Shown: one piece after another, positions 1 to 8,709 of the stretch | Numbering within the stretch: the first letter of the stretch is position 1 | Layout of the letters: each line of letters starts with the position of its first letter | Position numbers and translations under genes: made by a program | Assembly: GCA_049623505.1 (NCBI GenBank) | Contig: JBMZTC010000012.1 | Coordinates: 13,008 to 77,007 of the forward strand | Direction of reading: 5' to 3' | Source: Candidatus Puniceispirillaceae bacterium | GTDB taxonomy: Bacteria; Pseudomonadota; Alphaproteobacteria; Puniceispirillales; Puniceispirillaceae | DNA length: 64,000 nt | Notes under the pieces: generated by a model | What the model saw: only the letters and a program-made list of their open reading frames with translations | Told to the model about the DNA's origin: nothing | Database searches by the model: none

Positions 1-823
1 GGGCGTTGTTCATGAATTCTCGTCGATTCCCGGCGTTCGTGAAGATGTGACCGATCTTGTCCTGAACCTGAAAGGGGTTGCCGTTCGGGTTGACGAGGAA
101 GGATCAAAGCGTCTTCGTCTGTCGGCTGAAGGCCCGGCAACCGTAACCGCCGGTATGATCTCCGAGACTGCCGGTGTCGAGATCATGAATCCCGATCATG
201 TTCTGTGCCAGCTCGACAAGGGCGCCAGCGTGACCATGGAACTGACCGTGACCAGCGGCAAGGGCTATGTCCCAGCTGGCAGCATGCGTGCCGAGGATTC
301 GCCGATTGGTCTTATTCCGATCGACGCCATCTACAGCCCTGTTCGCCAGGTTGCCTACAAGGTGGACAATGCGCGTGTCGGGCAGATCACAGACTATGAC
401 AAGCTGCTGCTGACAGTTGAGACCGACGGGTCCATCACCCCCGAAGACGCTGTGGCCTACGCCGCCCGCATTCTTCAGGAACAGCTTCAGACCTTCATCA
501 ATTTTGAAGAGCCGAAGGAACAGCCGAGTGAAGAGGATGGCGAGGATCTGCCATTCAGCCGCAACCTGCTTCGCAAGGTTGACGAGCTTGAGCTGTCCGT
601 CCGCTCGGCAAACTGCCTGAAGAACGACAACATCGTTTATATTGGCGATCTTGTGCTGAAGACCGAGTACGAAATGCTTCGCACGCCGAATTTCGGTCGT
701 AAGTCGCTGAATGAGATCAAGGAAGTGCTGAAGGGCATGAACCTGGAACTCGGCATGGATATTCCGACATGGCCGCCGGAGAATGTCGAGGAACTGGCCC
801 GTCGTCTGGACGAGCCTTTCTAG
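1..823 (+). CDS. rpoA: DNA-directed RNA polymerase alpha subunit (5' partial)
   Basis: Frame open from position 2 ([16 protein letters not shown]...); motifs [12 protein letters not shown] and alpha-[13 protein letters not shown]...[13 protein letters not shown]; followed by rplQ. Confidence 0.99.
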   Translation, partial: GVVHEFSSIPGVREDVTDLVLNLKGVAVRVDEEGSKRLRLSAEGPATVTAGMISETAGVEIMNPDHVLCQLDKGASVTMELTVTSGKGYVPAGSMRAEDSPIGLIPIDAIYSPVRQVAYKVDNARVGQITDYDKLLLTVETDGSITPEDAVAYAARILQEQLQTFINFEEPKEQPSEEDGEDLPFSRNLLRKVDELELSVRSANCLKNDNIVYIGDLVLKTEYEMLRTPNFGRKSLNEIKEVLKGMNLELGMDIPTWPPENVEELARRLDEPF

Positions 824-888
824 GACCCGCACGGGAATTTTTGCAAGCTGGCCTGGCGGATGCCTGCCGGCACAAGGGAGACTGAGAT

Positions 889-1320
889 ATGCGTCACCGT
901 TATTCTGGACGTAAGCTTAACCGGACATCGCAACATCGTCAGATGCTGTTCCGGAACATGGCTCAGGCGCTGATCAAGCATGAGCAGATTGTAACGACAC
1001 TGCCAAAGGCGAAGGAACTTCGTCCGGTGGTGGAGCGTCTGATCACGCTTGGCAAGCGCGGCGATCTTCACGCCCGCAGACTGGCCCATGCCCGTCTTCG
1101 TGACGATGCGATGACACGCAAGCTGTTCGAGGTGCTTGGCCCACGTTATCAGGAGCGTAACGGTGGCTATACCCGCGTTCTGAAGGCCGGTTTCCGTTAT
1201 GGTGACTCGGCGCCGATGGCGGTGATCGAACTTGTCGATCGTGACGAGGACGCGCGCGGCCAGGATTCAGGCCCGGTACAGAACGCCGATGAGGATATGG
1301 TCGAAGATACCGCGGCCTGA
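889..1320 (+). CDS. rplQ: 50S ribosomal protein L17
   Basis: [12 protein letters not shown]...[10 protein letters not shown]...GGYTRVLK; RBS AGGGAG; canonical position after rpoA. Confidence 0.99.
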   Translation: MRHRYSGRKLNRTSQHRQMLFRNMAQALIKHEQIVTTLPKAKELRPVVERLITLGKRGDLHARRLAHARLRDDAMTRKLFEVLGPRYQERNGGYTRVLKAGFRYGDSAPMAVIELVDRDEDARGQDSGPVQNADEDMVEDTAA

Positions 1321-1347
1321 TCATCGCGCCGCATATTGTTTCAAGAG

Positions 1348-1378
1348 AGGGCTGCCGCTGGCGGCCCTTTTGTTTTTT
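1348..1378 (+). terminator. Rho-independent terminator of the alpha operon
   Basis: AGGGCTGCC-GCT-GGCGGCCCT hairpin followed by TTTGTTTTTT. Confidence 0.85.
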
Positions 1379-1414
1379 GGAAATCCCCTGTCTGCGCCAT
1401 CATGTCAGGCGGGC

Positions 1415-1452
1415 TTTGACATCAGATTCGGTATTTGACATCGGATTTGGTG
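1415..1452 (+). repeat. 19-bp tandem duplication containing TTGACA
   Basis: TTTGACATCAGATTCGGTA / TTTGACATCGGATTTGGTG. Confidence 0.8.
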
Positions 1453-1489
1453 CCGGTATCAGGCCAGCGCCGACCACAGGGGGCTTCAG

Positions 1490-1789
1490 ATGCTGACTTT
1501 ACGGCCGAACTGCGAATGTTGTGACTGCGATCTGCCGCCTGATTCGCCCGCGGCGATGATCTGCACCTATGAATGCACCTTTTGCGGACATGTGTCGAAA
1601 CGGGTCTTGCCAATGTCTGCCCGAATTGTGGGGGTGGTTTCCAGCCACGGCCCGTTCGGCCGCGCACGGCCCGGCGCACGGGGGGTTGGCGCACGGGGGG
1701 TTGGCGCACGGGGGGGTGGCGCACGGGGGGTCGGCGCGCCGGTTTTCCTTTGCGAAGCGGCGTTGATTTGCGTCAGGATAGCGCCATGA
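1490..1789 (+). pseudogene. DUF1272-family Cys-rich protein, frameshifted near 1586-1588
   Basis: Frame 1490 gives MLTLRPNCECCDCDLPPDS..ICTYECTFC; the family continuation TCVETGLANVCPNCGGGFQPRPVRP lies in the -1 frame (ORF 1573). Confidence 0.8.
1673..1732 (+). repeat. 4 x 15-bp G-rich tandem repeat (GGCGCACGGGGGGTT)
   Basis: Units at 1673, 1688, 1703 and 1718, each with a G6-G7 run. Confidence 0.95.
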
Positions 1790-3117
1790 GCCAGCTTGAA
1801 TTCGACAGTCCAGCCGCGACCGATACCGCGACGGCCAGCGATACGACCACACCGCTTGCCGAACTTCTGCGCCCCGGCAACCTTGACGAGGTGGTGGGGC
1901 AGGTGGCACTTCTTGGCCCGGAGGGGCGGTTGCGGCGCATGCTGGATGGTGGCGAGCTGGCCTCAATCATTTTCTGGGGGCCGCCCGGGACCGGCAAGAC
2001 CACCATCGCGCGCCTGTTGGCCGCCGAGGCGGGAATGGCCTTTGAGCCGGTGTCAGCGGTCTTTGACGGCGTTGCCGATCTTCGCAAGGTGTTCGCCCGC
2101 GCTGCCGAACGCCGGGCGGCGGGTGAAAGGACATTGCTGTTTGTCGATGAGGTGCACCGGTTCAACAAGGCACAGCAGGACGGGCTGTTGCCGCGGGTCG
2201 AGGATGGCACGGTAACGCTTGTCGGGGCGACCACTGAAAATCCGTCATTTGCGTTGAATGGCGCGCTGTTGTCACGGGCACAGGTGATGGTGCTGGAACG
2301 GCTGTCCGCCGATGCGCTGGAACAGTTGTTGCGGCGTGTCGAGTCGCATCGCGGAGCGCCGCTGCCGGTTGATGATGAGGCGCGGGCGGCGCTGCTGGCG
2401 ATGGCGGATGGCGATGGCCGCTATCTGTTGAACATGGCGGCATCACTGGCCACGGTGGCGGCGGAACGGCGACTGACCCCGAGCGAACTTGCCGAGATGG
2501 TGGCTGCGCGCGCGCCGGCTTTCGATCGTGCCGGTGACCAGCATTACAATCTGATGTCGGCGCTTCACAAGACATTGCGCGGGTCCGATTCCGATGCCGC
2601 CCTTTACTGGCTGGCGCGGATGTTCGCTGGCGGTGAGGACCCGCACTACATCTGCCGTCGCCTGACGCGTTTTGCGTCCGAGGATATCGGCCTTGCCGAG
2701 CCGGAGGCGTTGCCGCGCGCGCTTGCCGCCTGGCAGGCCTATGAACGGCTTGGCAGTCCGGAAGGCGATCTCGCCATTGCCAGTCTGGTGATCTATCTTG
2801 CGACGGCGCCAAAATCGAATGCCGCCTATGTGGCGCTGAAGAAGGCATCGAAGGCCGCATCGAAAACAGGCTCGCTGGCCCCGCCGGCGCATATCCTGAA
2901 CGCCCCGACAACGCTGATGAAGGATCTTGGCTATGGCAGCGGCTATGCCTATGACCATGATGATCCCGATGGGTTTGCCGGCCAGAACGGCTTTCCCGAC
3001 GGCATGGGCCGGGAACAGTTCTACGCGCCGGTTGAGCGCGGATATGAACGTGAGATCGCGCGGCGACTTGCCTATTGGGACCGGCTTCGGGCCGATAAGT
3101 CAGGGGAGGAGACATGA
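1786..3117 (+). CDS. rarA: Replication-associated recombination protein A (RarA/MgsA AAA+ ATPase)
   Basis: PLAELLRP, Walker A GPPGTGKTT, Walker B LFVDEVHRF, GATTENP, SALHKTLRGSD, YxYDHD; ATG 1786 overlaps the upstream TGA. Confidence 0.97.
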   Translation: MSQLEFDSPAATDTATASDTTTPLAELLRPGNLDEVVGQVALLGPEGRLRRMLDGGELASIIFWGPPGTGKTTIARLLAAEAGMAFEPVSAVFDGVADLRKVFARAAERRAAGERTLLFVDEVHRFNKAQQDGLLPRVEDGTVTLVGATTENPSFALNGALLSRAQVMVLERLSADALEQLLRRVESHRGAPLPVDDEARAALLAMADGDGRYLLNMAASLATVAAERRLTPSELAEMVAARAPAFDRAGDQHYNLMSALHKTLRGSDSDAALYWLARMFAGGEDPHYICRRLTRFASEDIGLAEPEALPRALAAWQAYERLGSPEGDLAIASLVIYLATAPKSNAAYVALKKASKAASKTGSLAPPAHILNAPTTLMKDLGYGSGYAYDHDDPDGFAGQNGFPDGMGREQFYAPVERGYEREIARRLAYWDRLRADKSGEET

Positions 3118-3515
3118 GTTCGGGGATGTTCGCCGCGGTGGCTGCCGGCGGGGCGCTTGGCGCGATGACCCGCTATGCTGTCTCGCTGGCTGTTGGCGGC
3201 GGGATTTTCGGCGTTGCCGGCCCGCTGGTGACGCTTGGCGTGAATGTGGTTGGCAGCGCCATCATGGGAGGGTTTGCCGGCGTCGTGGCGGCCGGGATTG
3301 TGGTGCCCGAAATGTGGCGGGGCTTTGTCGCCATCGGTTTTCTTGGTGCGTTGACGACCTTCTCCAGTTTCGCACTTGATACAGGCACGCTGCTGGCGCG
3401 CCAGGGCTATATGACCAGTGCCCTTTATATAGGGCTGTCGGTTGGCCTGTCGCTGGTCGCCTTCTTCGCGGTGCAGGCCGCTGTGGCCAGCCTTCTGGCA
3501 CGGGGGGCGGGATGA
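3114..3515 (+). CDS. crcB: Fluoride channel Fluc/CrcB
   Basis: GGALGAMTRY, TLGVNVVGS, GFLGALTTFSSF motifs; ATGA overlap with rarA. Confidence 0.95.
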   Translation: MSSGMFAAVAAGGALGAMTRYAVSLAVGGGIFGVAGPLVTLGVNVVGSAIMGGFAGVVAAGIVVPEMWRGFVAIGFLGALTTFSSFALDTGTLLARQGYMTSALYIGLSVGLSLVAFFAVQAAVASLLARGAG

Positions 3516-4504
3516 GCGCTGAGACAGACTCGGCGCCGGACTGGTGGCTTGTCGAGGTGCCGGATGCAGAGGCGGGAAGTCGGCTGGACAGGTTCCTGCG
3601 CCATCTTGTGCCTGGTCTCACCCAGGGGCCGGTCGAAAAGATGCTGCGATCTGGTCTGATCCGGCTGGACGGGGCCAGGGCCAAGCCGTCGGCGCGGCTT
3701 GCCGCCGGCCAGATGCTGCGTCTGCCGCCACATCTTCGCGACAGCGCACCACCGCGGCCCGTCCGCAAATCCCCTGCCGCAACGCCGCAGCTTCGCGCCA
3801 GCTTTGCCAAAATGATTGTCGCCGAGGGTGACGATTGGATCGCCATCAACAAGCCATCGGGACTTGCCGTTCAGGGGGGGTCGGGAACATCGCGTCATGT
3901 CGATGGCATGCTGCAGGCGCTTGCCGGCGACACGGCGGACAGGATGCGTCTGGTCCACAGGATTGACCGTGACACGTCCGGGGTGCTGCTGGTGGCGCGC
4001 GGCCGGGCGGCGGCGCGCGGCCTGACCGCCGCCTTTGCCGATCGTGATATGGAAAAGACCTATCTTGCGCTGGTCGCCGGCCTGCCGCCCGACAGTCTGC
4101 AGATCACCGACCCGCTGCTGAAAAAGGGCCGCGCCGGGTTCGAAACCATGGCTGTCGACCCTGCCGGGCAGTCGGCGCATAGCGAGATGCGCCTGATCGC
4201 GGCGGCCGGACACAGTTTTTCGCTGGTCGCGCTGCGCCCGCATACGGGCCGGACGCATCAGCTTCGGGTTCATATGGCGCACGCTGGCCATCCCATCCTC
4301 GGCGATCCGAAATATGGGGGTAAGCGGCATGATGGCACGGGCGCGCATTCTGGCGCCGCCTTCGCCCGCAAGCTTCACCTCCATGCCTGGCGTCTGGGTC
4401 TGCCGCAAGGCCGGCAGATCGAGGCGCCGCTGCCAGTGCATTTTCTGGCGGCGCTGGACTCGCTTGGGCTTGCCGTGCCACCGGCCGACTGGCAGTTTGC
4501 CTGA
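3512..4504 (+). CDS. rluC: RluA-family pseudouridine synthase with S4 domain (RluC-like)
   Basis: RLDRFLR S4 domain, NKPSGLAVQGG, catalytic HRIDRDTSG, GRTHQLRVH. Confidence 0.9.
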   Translation: MSAETDSAPDWWLVEVPDAEAGSRLDRFLRHLVPGLTQGPVEKMLRSGLIRLDGARAKPSARLAAGQMLRLPPHLRDSAPPRPVRKSPAATPQLRASFAKMIVAEGDDWIAINKPSGLAVQGGSGTSRHVDGMLQALAGDTADRMRLVHRIDRDTSGVLLVARGRAAARGLTAAFADRDMEKTYLALVAGLPPDSLQITDPLLKKGRAGFETMAVDPAGQSAHSEMRLIAAAGHSFSLVALRPHTGRTHQLRVHMAHAGHPILGDPKYGGKRHDGTGAHSGAAFARKLHLHAWRLGLPQGRQIEAPLPVHFLAALDSLGLAVPPADWQFA

Positions 4505-4547
4505 ATCTGTCCAGCCTGTTCCCTGACCTGCCCCGGAGACCGCGCCC

Positions 4548-5261
4548 ATGACCGCAAGAAAGCGTTTTTACAAGACTGTGACCGTGACCGACGATGACGG
4601 TGGTCTTGTCGTCAGGCTTGATGACAGGGTTGTGAAATCACCGGCTGGCGCGAATGCGATCCTGCCGTCACGGGAACTTGCCGATGCCGTGGCCACCGAG
4701 TGGGACTCGCAGGGCGAGGAGATTGATGCCGCCAGCATGCCCCTGTTCAGCCTTGCCGTGACCGTTCTTGACCGGGTGACGCCACAGCGCGTGGCCATCA
4801 TTGACGAGCTTGTCGCCTATGGTGGCAATGACCTGCTGTGTTATCAGGATGCCGACGATCCAGAGCTTGGCACCAGACAGGCACGGGGGTGGACGCCATG
4901 GATTGACTGGGCGCGCGCCTCGCTTGGGGCCGAACTTGTGGTCGCGGCCGGTGTGATGCCTGTTGCCCAGCCAGCGGCCAGCCTTGTCGCGCTTGGCCAG
5001 GCGGTGACCACGCATGATGATTGGGAACTTGGCATGCTGTATCGCGCGACAACGCTTGGCGGTTCGCTGGTGCTGGGGCTTGCCATGCTGCGGGATGAAA
5101 TGGATTCGGCCGCGCTGTTTGAAACAGCCTTTCTTGATGAATTGTGGCAGGCCGAAAGATGGGGCAGTGACTGGGAGGCCGAGGACCGCCGTGCCGGCAT
5201 TCGCGTTGAACTTGACCAGACGCACCGCTTTCTGGGGCTTCTTCGGGCTGGAGGCAGATGA
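4548..5261 (+). CDS. atp12: ATP12 F1-ATPase assembly chaperone
   Basis: RKRFYKTV, LDDRVVKSP, AVATEWDSQ, AFLDELWQAERWG; conserved alphaproteobacterial position. Confidence 0.93.
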   Translation: MTARKRFYKTVTVTDDDGGLVVRLDDRVVKSPAGANAILPSRELADAVATEWDSQGEEIDAASMPLFSLAVTVLDRVTPQRVAIIDELVAYGGNDLLCYQDADDPELGTRQARGWTPWIDWARASLGAELVVAAGVMPVAQPAASLVALGQAVTTHDDWELGMLYRATTLGGSLVLGLAMLRDEMDSAALFETAFLDELWQAERWGSDWEAEDRRAGIRVELDQTHRFLGLLRAGGR

Positions 5262-5644
5262 TGCTGGCGGCGGCGCATGATTCCGGGCTGGCCCGTTTCG
5301 ACAGGACAGGCCTTGGCCCGCATGCCGGGGCGCTGCTTGATGAATTGCAGCGTGCCGCGGCGGCGAACATGCCGCTGGCGGTTACCGTTCTGGCGGCAAC
5401 GCTTGTCGATGTGGTGGCGAATGAGGAGGCCGGTCCTGCCGGCGTCATTGACGGGGTTGATTTCGCATATGCCGGCAACAAGGCGGCGCTTGGATGGCTT
5501 CGTGGACGACGTAACGCGATCCTGCATCATGAAGGTCCGACCGACGGGCTGATGGCCGAGCCGGACGCCGATGTCTGGCAGTGGCAGGATGCCAACCGCG
5601 CGGTAGAGGCGCTTCTTGGTTATCTGGGCGATCTGACAGGCTGA
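5258..5644 (+). CDS. Small hypothetical protein with RNxxxH (HEPN-like) motif
   Basis: RBS GGAGG, ATGA overlap with atp12; helical protein containing RRNAILH. Confidence 0.7.
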   Translation: MMLAAAHDSGLARFDRTGLGPHAGALLDELQRAAAANMPLAVTVLAATLVDVVANEEAGPAGVIDGVDFAYAGNKAALGWLRGRRNAILHHEGPTDGLMAEPDADVWQWQDANRAVEALLGYLGDLTG

Positions 5645-6318
5645 TTGCCGGCTGCCGGAAAGGTGGCGTCAAAAGCCTCAAGAAGCGCGTTGTCGAGCGT
5701 CTCCATATCGGTCTCGACCCCCAGCTGGCGAAGCGAGGTCACGCCGCCGTCACGCACCCCGCAGGGAATGATGGCCTCGAAGGCCGCAAGATCGGGGTCA
5801 AGGTTGATCGCCACCCCGTGCCAGGTGACCCAGCGGCTGATCCGCACGCCAATGGCGGCGATCTTGTCCAGCCGTCCCGGCACCGTGGGTGATTCAACCC
5901 AGATCCCGGGCAGACCTTCGCGGCGCGTCGCCGCCACGCCGAATGTCGCCAGCGCGGCGATAATCCAGCCTTCCAGCGCCCGCACATAGGCCCGCACATC
6001 AGGATTGCGCCGCTGCAGGTCCAGTATCACATAGGCGACACGCTGGCCCGGGCCATGATAGGTCCACTGGCCCCCGCGGCCAGTCTCATGGATCGGAATG
6101 CCCCCCGGATTGACAAGGTCGCCCGGCAGCGCCGATGTGCCGCCTGTCAGCACTGGCGCGTGTTCAAGAAGCCACACCTCTTCATCCGCATCGCCAGCCC
6201 GGATGGCCTCGGCATGCGCCTGCATCGCGGCCACCGTTTCGGCATAGGGTGCATGGCCGTCAAGCCTGCGGAAGGCGGGAGTCATGCCCCGGCCCATGAT
6301 GGTGCCGGATGATGTCAT
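5620..6318 (-). CDS. lipB: Lipoyl(octanoyl) transferase
   Basis: WLLEHAPVLTGGTS, RGGQWTYHGPGQ, KIAAIGVR, WHGVAIN, IIPCG; start 6318 overlaps the allE stop (ATGA). Confidence 0.95.
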   Translation of the reverse strand: MTSSGTIMGRGMTPAFRRLDGHAPYAETVAAMQAHAEAIRAGDADEEVWLLEHAPVLTGGTSALPGDLVNPGGIPIHETGRGGQWTYHGPGQRVAYVILDLQRRNPDVRAYVRALEGWIIAALATFGVAATRREGLPGIWVESPTVPGRLDKIAAIGVRISRWVTWHGVAINLDPDLAAFEAIIPCGVRDGGVTSLRQLGVETDMETLDNALLEAFDATFPAAGNQPVRSPR

Positions 6319-7160
6319 CGGGCCCGCATCAGGCCGCCCGGGCTGAGCGGCATATGCCGGTTGACATCCTTGTAGAGAAGATAGCGGAAGGGTTCGTCGC
6401 CCTTCGCGATACAGGCCTGCGGGCAGAAGGCGCGAAGCCACATCATGTCACCAGCGCCAACCTCGACCCAGTCGGTATTCAGAAGATAGCTGCCCCGCCC
6501 CTGAAGAACGAACAGCGCATGTTCCATGACATGTGTCTCGGCAAAGGGGATCCGCCCGCCAGGCTGGAAGGTCACGATATTGACATGCATGTCATGACGC
6601 AGATCGTCCGGATCAACGAAGCGCGAGGTGGCCCAGACACCGTCACAATCCGGTATCGGGGTCGGGGACACCTGCTGATCGCTGGTCACGAAGGCAGGCG
6701 GGGTGGCGATGCCCTCGACCGCGACGTAATGTTTGCGAATCCAGTGGAAGACGGCCGGGTCAGCGCCATTGTTCTTTACCTGCCAGTCGGTCCCCGGCGG
6801 GATAAAGGCATAGCCGCCAGCGGTCAGTTCCTGCGCTGTTCCCTGAATGGTCAGCCGGATGGCCCCGCCGGTGACGAACAGCACGGCCTCGGCGTTGGCA
6901 TCGGGTTCTGGCGATGTGCTGCCGCCACCGCCGGCGACTTCCATCAGATAATGCGCAAAGCTCTCGGAAAACCCGGTCATCGGCCGGGCCAGCACCCAGG
7001 CTCTGGTTGCCTCCCAATGCGGCAGGTTGCTGGTGACGATATCGCGCATGACATCGGCCGGGATCAGGGCCCAGGCCTCGGTAAACCGGGCCCGGCCCTC
7101 GGGCGAGGTATCTTGTGATGGCAGGCCGCCCGGGGCGGCGGGATAGCTGTGGCTGGTCAT
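6315..7160 (-). CDS. allE: (S)-ureidoglycine aminohydrolase (bicupin, YlbA/AllE)
   Basis: TGFSESFAHY, FHWIRKHY, DMHVNIVTFQPG, ETHVMEH, WLRAFCPQAC, YLLYKDVNRH. Confidence 0.9.
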   Translation of the reverse strand: MTSHSYPAAPGGLPSQDTSPEGRARFTEAWALIPADVMRDIVTSNLPHWEATRAWVLARPMTGFSESFAHYLMEVAGGGGSTSPEPDANAEAVLFVTGGAIRLTIQGTAQELTAGGYAFIPPGTDWQVKNNGADPAVFHWIRKHYVAVEGIATPPAFVTSDQQVSPTPIPDCDGVWATSRFVDPDDLRHDMHVNIVTFQPGGRIPFAETHVMEHALFVLQGRGSYLLNTDWVEVGAGDMMWLRAFCPQACIAKGDEPFRYLLYKDVNRHMPLSPGGLMRAR

Positions 7161-7290
7161 GGATGATCTCGATATTGCAGTCACGTTTCCGGTCGGTGCC
7201 GGCCTGTTGTTGGCAGGGCCGGCACGGGACATGAGACAGGCACTATAGCATGACGATGCCGCATGTCAGCGCGCCATGTCAGGTGGCGCC

Positions 7291-7304
7291 TTGATCCCGG
7301 TCAA
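7291..7304 (+). promoter_or_regulatory. FNR/FixK-type box
   Basis: TTGAT-CCCG-GTCAA (1 mismatch to TTGAT-N4-ATCAA); TATTTT at 7326 fits class II spacing. Confidence 0.5.
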
Positions 7305-7379
7305 GGCCATGTCGGGTCAAACGCGTATTTTTTACCAAGGGCATAAGCCTGTCTCCATGACTAGGAAGGAGATGATCCG

Positions 7380-7796
7380 ATGCATGAAAAACACACATCA
7401 CTGGTGGCGCGCGCCGGTTGGGGCAAGGCCATCGGGTTCCTGTTCGGCCTGATTGGACTGTTGATCCTGGCGTTTTCGCTGCCGGGAACAGGATGGCCGA
7501 TCTGGCTCGGGACGTTGTTCTATTTCACAAATCTGGGTCTGCTTGTCGGCATATTGAGTGTCGATCTCAAGCATCCTCTGTTCCCGTGGGAAATGAAATG
7601 GTGGTTTGTTGGTCTGCTCACCGGTGGGTGGGTGGCCTTCACGCTGATGCTGTTCATCGGCGACGCCTATGAAAAGCTTCTCGGCCTGTCCGAGGGCATG
7701 TGGCGGCATTTTTCATCGCCGCTGTGGTTGATTGTCGACGGCGCGGTGGCGGGGCTGATCATCAGCATGATCGTCCATCGCCGGGTCGGCGACTGA
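7380..7796 (+). CDS. Hypothetical multi-pass membrane protein
   Basis: RBS AGGAAGGAG; about four hydrophobic segments. Confidence 0.8.
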   Translation: MHEKHTSLVARAGWGKAIGFLFGLIGLLILAFSLPGTGWPIWLGTLFYFTNLGLLVGILSVDLKHPLFPWEMKWWFVGLLTGGWVAFTLMLFIGDAYEKLLGLSEGMWRHFSSPLWLIVDGAVAGLIISMIVHRRVGD

Positions 7797-7987
7797 TCTG
7801 TGACCATCAACAGGTTGGACCACCACCAATCTGGGCCGCCGTCGCTGGCCGGAGATCCGGCGGCGGCGGTCCACCATGTCGTGACGAAGAGGTCCGCAAT
7901 GCCGGCACCCTGAATGACGCGGCCATATGGTGATGAAAGCTCTTGATTAACGCCGCCCGCAATGACATAAACACCGCTTCTCAGCGT

Positions 7988-8075
7988 GCGGCCGTGGCGG
8001 AATTGGTAGACGCGCAGCGTTGAGGTCGCTGTGGGTTAATAACCCGTGGAAGTTCGAGTCTTCTCGGCCGCACCA
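7988..8075 (+). tRNA. tRNA-Leu (GAG)
   Basis: Acceptor GCGGCCG/CGGCCGC, D loop GGAATTGGTAGAC, anticodon arm CAGCG-TTGAGGT-CGCTG, long variable arm, TTCGAGT, encoded CCA. Confidence 0.97.
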
Positions 8076-8176
8076 TTTCCCTTCCGAAACCCCCGGAATA
8101 CCATGTGTTTCATCCGCTGTGTGAATGGCGGGGCTGCATTTGGTGATGCAATTGTCCAGCCCGAAAAACGCCGGGG

Positions 8177-8590
8177 TCACCGGCTGTCATTGTGTTGCAA
8201 CACACCAGATATATGAAGATTCAGTGCTTTGGTTGACAGCGCCGTCTCGATACAGAAGCAGCCGATCCCACCGGCCATGGAGAGGATCGCGAGTGCCATC
8301 CCGAACGGTGCCAGCTGTACCACCGCAAAATAACCAGCGAAGAGGGAGGCAAGGTTGAAAATGAAGGCCATGCCGCTGAGAAACAGCGCGTACTTCACCA
8401 GTACCATCCGCTTCTTCATGACTCGCAGCTCTTCTATCAACACCGAATGTCTTGAATCATCATTGGTCCGATGTTCCAGCTGAGACGTTATTTCCCGCAT
8501 CAGGCCCGCAAGGCTGGTGTATCGGAAATTCAGGGCAACGATAGCCAGTGGGATGGCAGGAAACAGATTGCCGACCGCTGTGAGTATCAT
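8177..8590 (-). CDS. DUF2721-family membrane protein
   Basis: LFPAIPLAIVALNFRY...LK-type helix pattern, CIETALSTKAL; 3-4 TM segments. Confidence 0.75.
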   Translation of the reverse strand: MILTAVGNLFPAIPLAIVALNFRYTSLAGLMREITSQLEHRTNDDSRHSVLIEELRVMKKRMVLVKYALFLSGMAFIFNLASLFAGYFAVVQLAPFGMALAILSMAGGIGCFCIETALSTKALNLHISGVLQHNDSR

Positions 8591-8677
8591 TCGTGATCAT
8601 GTCCAAAATGTTCTGGTATCAAGAAGCCCCCAACAAGGGAGGAGCAGGTCGGGGGCTTCGATGCTTGCTGTGCCCGT

Positions 8678-8709
8678 TCAGGTTTTCAATAGGTCAGGCT
8701 TTCAATAGG
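8678..8709 (+). repeat. 16-bp tandem duplication
   Basis: TCAGGTTTTCAATAGG / TCAGGCTTTCAATAGG. Confidence 0.8.

Noticed and set aside
1577-1590. Programmed -1 frameshift at the CTTTTG run of DUF1272
   Set aside because: It is not an X-XXY-YYZ heptamer; slipping there would give F-L-R-T-C and lose a conserved Cys; and the G-rich structure is about 85 nt away, too far to stimulate shifting
1673-1732. Short repeats as possible CRISPR arrays (also 34235, 25053)
   Set aside because: The units are directly tandem with no unique spacers and are too short; there are no cas genes
7815-7880. GC-rich hairpin after the 7380 gene
   Set aside because: No U tract and no second copy seen; indistinguishable from ordinary high-GC folding
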